Of a stretch of 64,000 nucleotides of DNA, positions 14,463 to 29,310 are shown in pieces (the first letter of the stretch is position 1; every line of letters begins with the position of its first letter). The DNA comes from the human T2T-CHM13v2.0 reference genome, Homo sapiens. A program made the translations under genes and the position numbers. The DNA is taken from contig CP068257.2 in NCBI GenBank assembly GCA_009914755.4, positions 37,312,001 to 37,376,000 of the forward strand, given 5' to 3'. The notes under the pieces are model-generated. The model did no database searches and had not been told where the DNA came from. It saw only the letters and a list, made by a program, of their open reading frames with translations.

Positions 14463-16073
14463 GCGTGAACCCTATCACCACTAACTTGTCAGGGCATTGT
14501 CCAGGTGGGGAAACAGGCATCCAAGAGTACAAGGAGATCAGTAAGATCCTGCCCTGGGCTCCTCAGGAAACCCTCTGTGTGTCTTACCACCCATCCATTA
14601 ATGCGAGGCAAAGAGGAAACTCACACTTTCCTAACTTTGCTTATTTTTCATCCTTCAAAGGACAGCTCTTGTGCAGATCCCAAATCAACATCAGATGAAA
14701 GTATGGGAGCAGCATCTAATCAGCCATCTTGACTCGGGTGGCTACTTAACAGCCACCTGCCCTGACCGGTCCTTCATTTGCAAGCAAGGCTGCTGCTCAG
14801 CATTCTCGCCCACTCAGTGGTTAGTTCTGAGAGCCACATATTGACCAGTAAGCCCATCTGCACAGCCCCTTGGAATTGGGTCTAAGCCATCACTTCATTC
14901 TGATGATGGAAAAGCAGGAATGTGGAGTCTGAGTGACTTAGCCCTGGCTCGGCAAGATCTGAATTCAACTCAATCCTCAATGCTTCCTTCTCCCAAGAAA
15001 AGCCTATGGTACTCCTTTCTAAAAAATCATTCCTGCTATGAACTGACATACAATAAAATGCATCCATTTTTATTTGCACAACCCAACGAGCTTCGACAAA
15101 AGTAAACATACATGACCATCACAACAATATAGAATTGTCCCGTTACCCCAAAAAGTTTTCTACATGCCTTTGCCATCATTCCCACTCCTGGCCCAAAGCA
15201 ACATGGGAGATTTGACTTCCCTTTTCTAGAACTTTGTATAAATAGAATCAGATAAAACTTCGTAGACATGGAAGCTAGAGACAACGCTGTCTGTGCATTG
15301 ACTGTCTGCTGTGCTCCAGGGAGGTTGGGAGAATATTTACATCAATGCCGTTTGAAGGCGCTTCTCCACCCTAACTAGGTGCACGTCTCATGAGCTACCT
15401 GTGAGAGTCTCGTTGACACAGGAATGACAAGATAGTGTGCTCTTTGTCCTCCATGCACTGAGAACCCAGCACAGCCTTCCACACACAGCTTCCCCCACCT
15501 ACATACACCTGTCCCTTAGCAGTCTGGTTGCTAGGAAACATCCACTCTATTTCATCTTTACACATAACATGCCGTATTTCCCTAAGCCCCCAGAGTGGGC
15601 TCTTGTCACTTCCGTTTCATTTCTCCCTACTCAGCCCACATCTCTCCCAGGGCTCCCCATAAAGCACATTCCCACTAGAGGAGCAAAAGCTGGAGGTTCC
15701 TCGTTTCCTTTTAGGTGAGCATGAATGAAACACGCGGGGGCTGCTGTGGGAGAGAAGAATCTCACAGAACATCTTGGTTTAGAGCATAGGCAGGCAGGCA
15801 CTGAGCCCTGGGTCGCCCACTCTTGGATGAGAGAGCCTTGTCTTTCTGAGCCTGGCTTCCCCCATTAAAAAACCCAGGCTAAAAGTGGTCCCCATCTCCA
15901 AGAACTGTGAGGGGACCATCACTCCCATGCCTTGCATGGAGCATGGCTGCCCAGTCAGGATTTACTGCTGTCAACGCCCACCTCACTATGCCCACGTGTG
16001 GCATCAATGACGGTCAATGCAAATGACCTGCCCTTGTCAAGCTCAACTCAGGGTTCCCTTTATAAAAGCATCA

Positions 16074-16402
<329 letters not shown>

Positions 16403-17851
16403 CATAATGCTCAGGAAAATAACACCATATCTTTTGTTTCAGACTTTGGTAGGCAGAACAGTCCCCAAAGATGTCCACGTCCTAATCCCGGAACCCATGA
16501 ATACATGAATACACTTTGTTACACAGCAAAAAAGACTCTGCCAAAGTGATGAAGGCAATTTCTTCATCTCCCTTTTGAAAGGGCGATCGTCTGGGATTCA
16601 CCAGAGAGTCCCCAGGAGCTCGGGATGGCTCCCAGCTCTGACAGCAAGGAAGGAAACAGGGTCTCAGCCATATAGCCACAGGGAACCAGAGGCTGGCAAT
16701 GGCCTGGAATGGTTTAGAAGTAGATTTCCCGGAGCCTCCTGATGAAAGCCCAGCTGGTCAACCCCAGGACGGTGGTCTGTGAGAGCCACAGGAGAGAAAC
16801 CAGCTGAGCCGAGTGGGCCTTTGGGCCTACAGGCCTGTGTGACAGGACAGTGGTGGGAGGGAGCCATCCGCCTCTGCCCACTGCCCTCTGTGACTCCAGC
16901 GCACTCGGGGTCCCACTTCCACACCCTCTGCAAAGGCCCTCGCAGCCTGCCCGTGTCTCCGCCTCCTCCCCAAGGTCTCCCCTCCCGCCTGCTCCTCCAA
17001 CAGATGGGCCCCTGGCTTTGCACTACTCCTCTTTTCCCTTCCTCAGGACTTTATTTTTATTTTATTTTATTTATTTTTATTCCGGTACCACCTCTCAGTG
17101 AGACCCACTGTCACCCCATCAGCGCCCTCTCCACCCTCCCCTGCTTTACTTCTCCTTATCATCCAGCATGCATCTATTCACCAATATATTATTTATCGCC
17201 TGGCTTTTCTACTAGGCAAATGATTCTCAACTGGCGGTGACATCGCTCCTCACTTCTCCCGGGGGACAGTGGGCAGTGCCCGGGGTCACTTTTGATTGTC
17301 ACAATTGGAGGAGGCCCCTGACATCTGGTGAGTGGAGGCCAGGGATGCTGCTTAACATCCTTCAATGCACAGGAAGGCCCAGCCACAAAGCACGATCCAG
17401 CCCAAAACGCCGGCAGTGCCTCGGCAGAAATGTCACCTCCTACACCATCAACTCTGTGAGAGCGGGGATTTGTTTGTCACGACTGCGTCCTGGTGCCCAG
17501 ACCAAAGCCTGCACATCACGGTGCTCCGTGGATGGGTTTGAAGGAGCGGACCTGGACCAGAGCGTGCTGTAGGCCACAGTCAGTGCCGGCCCACCCAGAA
17601 CTGGCCACTCAGAGGTTACCCATCTCTATCGCTTTCTTTCCCAGAGTCGGAAACTTGGAACCACTTTCAACTTTTCCTCTTCTGCTTCCCCTCTAGGTTC
17701 CACAGGGGGGCCTCGCTGCTGGGCAGGGGCCTCCGGGCTCCTCCATCCTCCTCCGCCCAGCTCTGCCCTCCCAGCGAGGAATCTCCTGTGGAACATGGTG
17801 GGATCTCATTGTCCCTGCTGCAGGAAGTGGAGCAAAGAAACCGAGGTAGGG

Positions 17852-18212
<361 letters not shown>

Positions 18213-18239
18213 TTACCTGGTGTTCATCAACATTCCAGA

Positions 18240-19110
18240 ATTCTGCACTGAAGGAATCCCATGCAAGTCTGTCTCACAGTGGGAGAGCAAGGCCCCTTTT
18301 TTATTCACGCGGGCTCTGGGATGACCAGGGTCAGCATAGCATGATTTACACACGCTGCTTGAACCAAATCAGTGAATGGAACAGCCCTGGAGTCATTGTA
18401 AACAAACCCAGATTCGCTGGACGCCCGCTGAGCTGAAAACCACAGGAAGAGGAGAGAAGACATACAAACCTCTTTCTCAAATGAGACTTTCTCCCAGAAC
18501 CTAATGTTCGGGAAAAATCTTCCTAATTACTCGTTAATTGGCATATTATCAGCACTTTGTGCCAAGGATTAAGTGGGTAATTCCCATTATTTCTAGAGAG
18601 CAAGGTAATGCATCCACTCAGCCAGGCAGAGTGCGCGCAGCTCTGGAACTGTCACCACTGAGGCCTGCGGGCAGCCCCGTCCACGAGCCCAGTCCTCAGC
18701 CCTGCGGAAACGCTGGCTGCGCTGTTGAAGCCAACTCCTGAGACTTGTATTTTTCCGACAATGTGAAAAAACATTTCATCATTCAGCCTGATTTTCATTT
18801 CTCACTTCTTGGGTATACATTTTTTGAAAATGGATTTTCCTCTTAAAGAATAATTTATTGTGTAAGTCAGTCTAATTCTCCTGCTCCGGAACTTTGTGTT
18901 TTGAACCTCTTGGTCATTCAAGTAAGAGCACTGGGGTAATTTTAGCATTGCTAATTGGCTCGATAAAGAAATGTATTTTAAACAACTATGATTCAGCACT
19001 TAATCACAGCATTTGATGATATTGTCATTACAAAAACCTCTATTCTCCATTAAAAATAATTAAACCATCTTAAAGTTTGACCATCCTATGTTGGCCTAAA
19101 CTTTCTATAT
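18240..19110. promoter_or_regulatory. Candidate conserved non-coding regulatory element (homeodomain-motif cluster, CpG-retaining, repeat-free)
   Basis: Unique sequence with no SINE/LINE/LTR homology. Dense TAAT/ATTA cores: cctaattactcgttaattggc, ggattaagtgggtaattcccattatttc, gtctaattctc, ggggtaattttagcattgctaattggctcgataaag, cttaatcacag, cattaaaaataattaaacc. At least 14 CpGs retained in about 600 bp of moderate GC content. Confidence 0.4.
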
Positions 19111-21269
19111 TTCCATATTACTCAAATGTTTATGGACAAGAGAACTGTGGTACATAAAGAGAGAGAGAGAGGGAGAGATGGAGAAGGAGGGAGAAGAGAG
19201 CACGCACCCTGGAACTTGGGTTTAAGTCCCAGCTCTTCCATCTGCCGACTATGTCTGCAGAACAGTCCTCACCCTCTGAGACCATTTCTTCTTCTCTGTG
19301 GGGAGGATGTGCTGGGACCACAAGGTATCAGGACAGCCCTGTCCCCAGGGGTAGGGAAGAATGACCTCAGAAGGAAATGAGAAGGAAGGGGCTCTGGGAT
19401 CAGGCAAGGGTCTAGCAGGGTGTACCAAGCACTCCTGTAGGGCAGGAGCCCCAGGGACATATGTGGAAGCCCATATATCTTGGGGAATATGTGGAAGCGC
19501 ATATACAAGAAATGATCCCTCTCCTTCCTGGGTGTCTGCACCATGGGACATGCTCTCGGAGGCAGCTTGCCAGAAGGGCCACCAGTCTCCAGTCACTATT
19601 CAGGCAGCCCTCTACTTTAGCCCCCAAAACTTTTAAAAGGTAAAAGTCTGAAAGTCCAAGAATGAATTTACCTATTTTACCAGTTAGGATCGGGTTGACT
19701 GCAAGTATCATAGATACCAAATCACAGTGGCTTAAACAACACGGGACTGGGTTTGGCTTCATTTTCCCTGCAAAGTGTGGCAGAAATGATCCAGCTCCTC
19801 TTCACCGAGCCTGCAGGACCTGGCCTCTTCATTCTTCCACTTGGCCCCCTCTAAGGTGAGGTCCTTGTCTCATGGTCCAAGATGGCACCCAGCCACCACA
19901 TCTGCATCTGCATCTACAGTGGGGTTTGTTGTTGTCACCTCATTGGCCAGAACCAGCCACATGTCTTCACGTAGTTTCACGGGAAGCAGGGAAACATAGT
20001 GATTTCTTCTAGGCAGTCATGTGCCCAGCCAAAAATTCCACGCTATGGAAGAAGATCTGGGGGAAATATAGCAAATTCTGCCTCTCATATTAGGGTGCAA
20101 GGAAGTGGTAGTTCTGTTTCCAGAAAACAAAAATGCCTGTAATGATGGTTTCATAAGTGCTGGCAACTCAGTAGGAAGGGGAGAGCAGCAGGAGAGCCTG
20201 GCCAACGGAGGTTGGTGCTGGTGTCACCTCCCTCCATCTCTCCTTTCTGGTAGCCAGTGCATCTCCCCACACCTCTGGAGAGGCCAAGACAGGCAGATGG
20301 GCAGCCATGTCCCCTCTACATGGACGCATTGGGTGCCTATAGCCAGGCTCGAGCAAAAGAGTCTGTCTTCTCCATTTTCCACAATGCAAGCCTTGTGGGG
20401 CTTCATCTCCAGTCCCTCCCCTCAACAAGCTCCCTCTGCAAGCCCTTTACCCTGAAGAGCGTCCACGGCATTTAGGGCTGCACAGGTCTTTGTTGAGGGA
20501 GCTGTCTTGGGCACTGTAGGAGGCTGAGCAGCACCACTGTCCTCTACCTACAAGATGCCAGGAGCAACCCTCAGTGTGACAACCAAAACTGTCTCCAGAA
20601 GGTGCCAAATGTCCCCTGGGGGGTAAAATTACACACACACCCTCCCTCAATGAGACTCACTGCCACAAACCCGGGACCAGCTATGTCTCCATCTCCAGGT
20701 GAAGCACCGATTTCCATAAGACACAAAGAAAGGAGGCAGGGCTGGAACCTCCTCTATCTGCAGTAGGGATGGTGTTTGTTGATGAAGGGGCACAGGATCT
20801 CAAAAGAAAAGGTGGGAAACTGGGGAGAGAGAGAGGCAGATAACAGAGGGAGTGCCACTAGAGACATGCTCATTTGGAGACCTCGGACTAGAGCCATGGC
20901 TGCCATGAGATGCAGGTGGCACAGGCGACACACCCCTTGCAGCACTTCCCACGTTTCATTATAATCTCGTTTCTTCAGTACCTTCTGCCTCTACAATTAT
21001 GAGCTCCTCAAGGGCAGGTCTGGGTCTAGGTCACTGCTGCATCCCCCATGCTAGGCAAGTACTTGACCCTTCACTGGTGCTTAATATTTGATGAATCAAT
21101 GAATGAATCAATGGGTGGTTACTTATTTCCCCACTAAAGGGACTGTTTCATATCAAAAATATGTGGTTTAAACAACACCAGGCAGAAGGCACTCAACTAT
21201 GTAACATTTCCATATGCCAGGCACTAATCCAAGGGCTTTGTATGAAGTAGCTTATTTCATTCTCAAAGC

Positions 21270-21400
21270 AACCCAAGGAGGTGGAGTACTATTGTTACCT
21301 CCACCTCCAGGAAGGAGAGTGAGACACAAAAGTTAAGTAACTTGCTCAAGGTCATATCGCTAGTAAGTGATAGAGCCAGGATAGAAGCCCATATCAATCA
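21270..21400. mobile_element. MIR SINE fragment
   Basis: gagtgagacacaaaagttaagtaacttgctcaaggtcatatcgctagtaagtgatagagccaggatagaagccc matches the MIR core (agaggttaagtaacttgcccaaggtcacacagctagtaagtggcagagccaggattcgaaccc). Confidence 0.6.
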
Positions 21401-22830
21401 TTTACTCCCAGGTTACGTGGATTTTTCGATATTTACTCTGCAATACTGCCTTTTTGTCAAACAATAATACAATGCTGACATGTGTTGCCTGTCCTGCCTC
21501 CTTTCCTTCCCAAACTGCTCTCCCTCCCTTCTACACAGTTCTCTCCAGTGGATGTCATGGCCATGTGATCCACTTCACCCACCCTAGAAGTGGGCAGTCA
21601 CTCAGGCCTATGAAATTGTCCCACCCCAGTCCCACCCCCACACACTGTGATTGGCCCAGAGCTGGCCCAATCAGAGTTCTTTGGGGGAACTGAAATGGAG
21701 CTTAAGGTAAGAGGTCACACTTGGTCTGGAGGTCCTACTATGTAGTCACAGAAATTACTAGGGACCATCTTGAAGCCATATGAAGAAAATCTGTGAAACT
21801 GAAGATAAGCAGAGGCAGCTACAGCTGAGACAGTCGTCTCGATGATGTCATCTGAGACTCTGGATCCAGCTGGACCCAAAGCCCCTCCTTTCCTTCTGCC
21901 TTCCCTTTTTTCTTAAGCCAGTCTGAGCTCAGTTTTTGTCACCTGCATCTGAATAAGTCCTGACCCAAACAAATATCTAGATAGTATTAGTTGACTCTAT
22001 GAAGGCCTAGTATCTATGGACCAAAATGGTCTTGATTTTATTTAATTTCTATTAATTGAGTGAGATGCTCTTTAATCCAGCATTTGCATCTCCTCAGCAT
22101 GAACATGAAGAACAGAAACAAGGGCAGACCTTATTTCAAAATGGAATCTCAAGATATGTTTGGCTTCCGGGGGAAAAAAAATGCCTTATTGACTTTAGCA
22201 TGAAGGATGGGCTTCGTGGCATCTTCACCCCCAAGCATCAGTGCTCCGTGCTTGTTCTGAACGACAGAACAGGGCCTCATCCATACCACTGATTCAACAC
22301 AGAATGTATGGCTCATTTCCTTTGCTTCAGAGAAAGCATTTAAATGGTAAGATTGGTGAAACTCTCAATGACTTTTGCATTTTCAACACCTTTGTAAGAT
22401 CTAACTCAAGGCTGATAGCATACATGCTCAAGAAGTAGTATTGATTGATTGAAAGAGCATAGGTGACAGGTGTCAGATACATGAGATGGTTCTTTGATTT
22501 TGAACCACGTATTATTAACCATGAGTATCCACTGAAAAGCTTCTGATTATAAGCAATTCTTAGTTTCACGTTTTAAGCTGGAGAATAATCGTTTTGTATT
22601 TATTATGAAAATTTGCTGTATATGAAACAACTCAAGTTACAGCAAAGAAAACTCAAAAAGTGCAAATGATCAAAAGCTTAGAGATGATGGAAGGGAAAAC
22701 TTCTCATTGTAATCTAAATAATACCAGCAATTTTTAATCGGCTCATTTGTGTTCCAGAAATGCAGGATGATTCAGAAAGGTGAAGTGCTTAGGATCTCAG
22801 AAACATTTCTTTTTATCTTTGGCTTTCTTT

Positions 22831-23190
22831 TTAAAACACTTAATATGGTTTGCCTGTGTCCCCACCCAAATCTCATCTTGACTTGTATTTCCCATAATCC
22901 CCTCGTGGGAGGGACCCAGTAGGAGGTAATTGAATCATGGGGGTGCTTACCCCCATGCTGCTGTTCTCATAAGATCTGAAGGTTTTATAAGGGGCTTTTT
23001 CTCCCTTTTCTCGGCACTTCTCCTTGCTGCTGCCATGTGAAGAAGAACATGTTTGCTTCCCCTTCCACCATGATTGTAAGTTTCCTGAGTCCTCTCCAGC
23101 CCTGCAGAACTGTGAGTCAATTAAACCTCTTTCCTTTATACCCAGTCTTAGGTACGTCTTTATTACCGGTGTGAGAACAGACTAATATAA
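22831..23190 (+). mobile_element. THE1/MST-family MaLR solo LTR
   Basis: taatatggtttgcctgtgtccccacccaaatctcatcttgacttgtatttcccataatcccctcgtgggagggacccagtaggaggtaattgaatcatggggg ... ctgcagaactgtgagtcaattaaacctctttcctttatacccagtcttaggtacgtctttattaccggtgtgagaacagactaatataa. Confidence 0.8.
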
Positions 23191-26008
23191 CACTCAAACA
23201 CAGTCTCAGAGATATCATCCCAGTGTTTTAGCCTTTCTGTTTGCATTAAAGAGTGGATATTTTATCATAACATGCATATTATTTCTGATTCATAGAACAG
23301 GAATGGAGCAACCAAAACAAAAGCTTTGGTTAATGAAAAACTTCATTGGCAGGAGAAAAAACTTCCTAAGTACAGCAAGTTTCCATACGTTTACCATAAA
23401 AGTAACCTAGACTCCACCTTGGAGCATGTAAATATACAGACTGTTCATTGTATATGTTGGCAATGGTTTAAAAAAAAAGAAGATTTGGACACATATCCTA
23501 TTAAAATGTAATTGCCACTTTTATCATTTACTCAGATAACATATGAAAGGACTGGTACACATTCATCAAGGAAGTAGTCATTTTATTACAGTCAAGTGAT
23601 GGGATGATGTATTGTGCAACGTGCCCTGCCTTCCTGGTTTATGGGACAGTTAGAGTACATTGCCCATGAGTGTTATCTACACACAGCTGTAAAGAGCTCT
23701 TTAAAGACCATCCAGAAACATCAACTAGTTAAATATCTCTATGTATAAGTTCATGTGTGTATATTTTTCAATTTCCTAATTATGTTTGTTTAAGAGCAAA
23801 CCCAGTTGAGTATCTTTAGACCCAAAAGTTGGATTTCAACTCTGAATCTAAAGTGAAATGGGAACTTTCCCCAGGGTTGAAACTTACATCCAGGGCAACT
23901 CCTAGAGATCCTATGAAGCCCTAAGAACCACAGATGTTAGAGTGAGATTCACCCGATTTTTTGATGGAGTGATTGATTCCCCTGTGCTCAGGACTGGGCT
24001 GAAGGCAGCATCTATTCCTAAATTCTGCTAGATTCTACAAGATGTTTTGTTTTGGTTTTTCTTCTTTTTACCATGAGGAAGTGGAGTCAGGTGCTGACCT
24101 TCAGGCCTTTGAACTTGCCTTAGCTACCAGCATTTTTCAAACTTCAACACTGTGACCATCACCTGGGGAATCTCATGACAATGCAGACTCTGATTCAGCA
24201 GGCTGAGGGTGGGAGGAGGCAAAGGGGAATTCATCCCATCTGTCCACAGCCTTCCCATTGGAACCTAAGTCCCACATGCCTAGAAACTCCCTTGGCCAAA
24301 ATTTCTCTGAAGATAAATAAAATGGCAAGAGCCAGGGGTGCTTGCCATTTTCATCTGCCAAATGAGGTTATAGAAGACTCTGTTTTAGAAGGGCCACAGC
24401 CCAGAGGTCTAGGTGATGCTGAAAAATGACACATGGCCGATTCCCAAAGAAATGATAGAATTTCCCATCTAGCAAAGATACCAGAAAGCTGAACTCACCT
24501 TTCATCATTTTTAAAAAAGGATAACGTCTTTGGGAAGCTTTTCTTCCCATGAAATCTTACTGCCTTCCCAGGGTATCACATATTTAAAGTACAGCTGTGC
24601 TCATCGAAGGAGAGAGAGGACAGGGGAAGGTAAAACCTTTCTCCTGCCCTGTAGGGGCCTCTCCCCAGAATTCCTCAGGACCCACAGAGGAAAGCTGAAA
24701 TGCTTGGATTTAATACAATGCCCCATTTTTTTTAACTGAGCTGAACATAAAATTAAGCATTTTAAAAGGAAAGATTCGGTACATTCACAACATTGTGTGA
24801 CCACCACCTCTATCTAGTTGCAAAACATTTTCATCAACCCCAATAAGCACCAAACCCATTAAGCAATCAATCTCCAGTCCCTCCTCCCTTTACCCCATAG
24901 CACCACCAATTTGCTTCCTGTGGGTACAGGTTTACCTATTCTAGTATTTCATATCAATGGAATCGGACAATATGTGCCTTTTTAGATCTGTCATCTTTCA
25001 CTTAGCATAATGTTTTCAAGGTCCATCCACACTGTAGCACATATCAGGAGGTATTCCTTTTTATGGCTGAATAATAATCTATTGTAGGGAGACATTCGTC
25101 TCCCCATTGATGGACATTGGGGTTGTTTCCACCACCTTTTGGCTACTGCGAATTACTGTGTCTCTGAGCATTAGTGTGTAAGCACTTGAGTTTCTGTCTA
25201 CAGTTCTTTTGGGTATATACCTCCATGCTCCAATGCTATAGATGAAGAACCAGGCCACAAAAGATCTAGTGACTTGGCTAGGCTTACTCAGCAAGCTCAT
25301 GGCTATGCTGGACCCCAGGTCACCGAGTACCTGCTCCAGCTTCTACTGAACCCCAACATTCCATGAGAGCTTGGACTTGGCCCCACCTCTCCACTTATGG
25401 CAATGCCAGTTCCCTGGCTGGGAAAGCCCTCTCTGGTTTTCTTTCCCTTCCAAATCTTCCCACTCAGATCTCAGCACTCTATCCTCCTTCCCCACAAGGT
25501 GTTCCCTGACCACCCACAGCCCTTCCACTTCTTCCTCTAATTTCCAGTCTTATGATAATCTAATTATAAGTCCACATGGCACACAGTGTGTTTCACGGGT
25601 AATTTGGTGACTTGTGTTGACAGTAAGATATTTGAGGACAGGAGCTTAGCAAATCTTTATGACAGATTAAATACATGGGCAGAGGCTTGCAGAGCCAGAT
25701 GGGTGACTTCATCTGGTCTGCTGGCATCCACTTTGGCTGACATGACTAGCAATGTTACAGTCACTATACAGTTGACATGACGACATTCAACAACACCAAA
25801 AGGTCTAAACAGTGCTTTAGATCCCCTGGCTGGTGATGTTCACAGCAGCGAAGTCACCAGGAATATGCAAAGACACAACAAGCCTTGTCAACACCACCTT
25901 GCCACAGCTGGAGCCACTAAATATGTGGACAGAGTCCTGGCCCAAGAGTATAGCCCAGGAGAGGAATGGACATCCCTCTCCCCACCTTTGAGTAGAAAAT
26001 GACCAGTG

Positions 26009-26307
26009 AGCCTGGCACGATGGCTCATGCTTGTAATCCCAGAACTTTGGGAGGCCATGGTGGGCGGTTAACCTGAGGTCAGGAGTTTGAGACCAGCCTG
26101 GCCAACATGGTGAAACCCTGTCTCTACTAAAAAATACAAAAATTAGCCAGGCATGGTGGCAGGTGCCTGTAATCCCAGCTACTCAGGCGGCTGAGGCAGG
26201 AAAATTGCTTGAACCTGCAAGGCGGAGGTTGCAGTCAGCCAACATTGTGCCATTGCACTCCAGCTGGGGCAACAGAGCGAGACTCCATCTCAAAAAAAAA
26301 GAAAACA
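26009..26307 (+). mobile_element. Alu SINE, full length, with perfect 16-bp TSD
   Basis: agcctggcacgatggctcatgcttgtaatcccagaactttgggaggcc ... gcactccagctggggcaacagagcgagactccatctcaaaaaaaaagaaaacaag. Identical flanking direct repeats AGAAAATGACCAGTGA at about 25994-26009 and 26308-26323. Confidence 0.92.
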
Positions 26308-27499
26308 AGAAAATGACCAGTGAAGGCAACACAAAAGGGATCAATGACGTCATCAATTACAGGATCATGCTCGATTATCTAAAACTCAGTTTGCCCTGTT
26401 GTAGGACTTGATCTTTCATAGAGATTGTTATTACAGAAGTACTTTAAGGACTTTAGAAATATGCCAGTAAAACACACACTTTTTTTAAAATTCATTCCAG
26501 AGATTTCCATTCCCCAATGAGGTCCTCATCAGAGTCATCAAAGGAGCAGCACATCCAAGAAAGTCCAAAAGAGATAGACTTTTTTTTAATGATGCATTAG
26601 AAAACCTGACCCCAACCCCTGCCTTTCTTTGTCTACTTTATCACATTTGTAGGTTTAGAAAAGTTTGTCTTTCAGTCTCAAAACTTTTGGAAAAAATAAT
26701 GTCCCACTGTCTTTCATATCAAAAAGAAACGACAAGTGTGTTGATCGTACAGAGCCAATCTCCTCTTCACATAATGAATAAAGAGAAGTTTCCATTCATT
26801 TGGCCACAAAACAGGTCATTTTCTTCAAAATGTACACACTAAAACAATAAATTAAACACTTATGCTTCCAAGGGAGAATAGAAAGATAAGAGCAGGAGAC
26901 ATATGTGTGTCTTGATGGTGGGTGCCGGTGTATCCTGGGAGCTTAACCCTCACTGCAGATTTAATATTCACAAAAGCCCATTGAGGTGGGTACTATCATC
27001 TCTGTCTAACGGTGAGAAGATCAAGAAACTAAGGCTTGGGGAGAATAAGTCATGAACACCAACTTCCCATGTTAGGAACGGTGGGTTCAGGGTAGAAATC
27101 TCAAAGTTCAGCTTTTCCCACCACACTTGAAAGGAATTAGTAGAAATTAATGGCTTTACAGACCTCACAGCCACCAGTTTTTTGCTGTGGGACCTCCCCT
27201 GTGTCTGTCCTCTCCACATGTCTTGTGTCAGGCCCTGGAGAAGCACAGGGTGCCGCTACCTCTTCACCTGCTGAGCAAACCCTGTCATTGAAGCAACCAG
27301 GTGCTCACACGTGTTGTGAACACAAGACTCCAATAAGGGGACACCTGTGTGTATCCAATTTTCTACCAGCAGCAGCTTATCCACTGGGCATGAAAGGGAG
27401 GAAAACTACTCAGCCAGTCATTAGGTAAATACTCACTGCTTATCTCAATGCAAAAAAACAAGCACCCTTCTGCAGGAGTAAAAGGAAGTGTGGAAAGGT

Positions 27500-27640
27500 G
27501 AAGAGAGCAAGGGGCAGGAAGCAGACAGTTCAGAATCAGGAGCCTTCTCTGCTTGTGTGGACAAGCTACTCACACTCTCTTAGCCTCGACTTTCCTATCT
27601 GTGAGTGGGACTGGCAATCAAACCACACTACTATAAAAAG
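27500..27640. mobile_element. MIR SINE fragment
   Basis: ctcttagcctcgactttcctatctgtgagtgggactggcaatcaaacc resembles MIR (ctctctgagcctcagtttcctcatctgtaaaatgggg). Confidence 0.45.
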
Positions 27641-29179
27641 GATACGTTTGCCCAAAATAGCCAACAGGTGGAAGCAAACAGGCGAATAGATAAACAAAAT
27701 GTGGTCTCTACATACAATGCAATATTATTCAGCCTTAAAAAGGAAAGCGCTTCTGACACAGGCTACACCATGGATAGTCCTTGACGGCATATTGCCGAGT
27801 GAAATGAGCTAGTCACAAAAAGACAAATACTGTATGATTTCAACTTACATGAGGCACCTGGAGGAATGAAGTCCATAGAGACAGAAAGTAGAATGGTGTT
27901 TGCCAGGGGCTGTAGGGAATGGGGAGTTAGGGTTTCACGCATAGCAAATTTCACTTTTGCAAGACAGAAACAGGCCTGGAGATGGATAGTGGGGATCGTT
28001 GCACAGCAGTGTGAATGTACCTAGTATCATAGAACTCTCCGTAAAAATGGTTAAGTTGGAACATTTTACATTATGTGTACTTTACCACAATGGAAATTAA
28101 TAATGCTAAAAAAATAACATGTTTGCCATGATTCTGTCACTGTTGCTGAGGAGAAAAGAAACGCCTTGTACTGTGGACCCAATCAACTCAAATTAGAATC
28201 TCTTGGGATGGTGCCCAAGCACAGGCATGTTCTAGAGGCTCTATCACACCCACGCCAGAGCTGAGCATCACCCAACGAGCCGAGTGCTCAGGTCACGTTA
28301 GTGACTCATGTCCCTCAGCCTGACACTTACTCATGTTGCTGCAAAACAGCAGGATACATTGGGAGCACCCAGGCATCTGTGTGCATTGAATTAACTTTTA
28401 TTTAGCTCAACTCAAGAAACATTTCTTGCCTACCAACAGGGCTGGCATCACAGGCACCTGCAGGTAGTGCCACAGCGGGCGCCCTCAGAAGGCCCTGCTC
28501 GTGGTTTAATGCTCAGTGGCTGCCATTTTGAAATTCTTAACGATTTTTGAACAAGGAGTCCTGCATTTTCCTTTTGTACTGTGGGCCCTGCAAATTGTGT
28601 ATTTGATTCTGCCTACAAAACCAGATCCTGTTCTAGGCCTGGAGAAGCCAGAGATAAAAGGCAAAGTGGCTATGGAGAGGCCATAGGCTGCAGAATGCCC
28701 AGGGCAAGCTGAGGCCAACCCCATCAGGACCTCCTGGTCCACCACTCACCCCACCCCCTTCGCCTGGAGAGCCAGACATGGATTTGCCTGCAGAGGAGGG
28801 AGGAGGAGAACCCCTGACTGTGGGTGGATATAAACAAGCTCATGACGAGTGATAAGTAACATATGCAACAGGAACAATGATGCAAAACATCGGTGCACGT
28901 TGGGCTTTAGGACAGGGCAAAACTATACACAAAGCAGGCATCTAAGAAGCTAAGTTCTGAGTTCTCAGCTCACCCCATGCTCACTCTTCTTGCCAGCATT
29001 CATGGAACATCCACCATCGTGCACCGGAGTCCCCACAGCTTCCAGTCTCAATAAGCCATGGCCGCAAATAAGCACCACCAACCACTTACTGAAAGCTTCC
29101 TTCGTGCCAGGCACTGTGCTGAGTGCTTTATATAAGCAGCCGCAAGTGCTTCCCATCATGGCTTCCTAGCTGGCTATTA

Positions 29180-29310
29180 ATTGAACTGTTTTACAGATGA
29201 GGACCAGGAATGATCAGAGAAACCAAGGAACTTTCCCAAGATTACGTAGCCAGTTAGCAGGTGATCAGATGTGAACTTGGGTCTTTTGCTTTGAAATCTG
29301 TAACTTTGCC
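29180..29310. mobile_element. MIR SINE fragment
   Basis: gttttacagatgaggaccaggaatgatcagagaaaccaaggaactttcccaagattacgtagccagttagcaggtgatcagatgtgaacttgggtc follows the MIR core pattern (ttacagatgaggaaactgaggc...cccaaggtcacacagc...). Confidence 0.55.
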
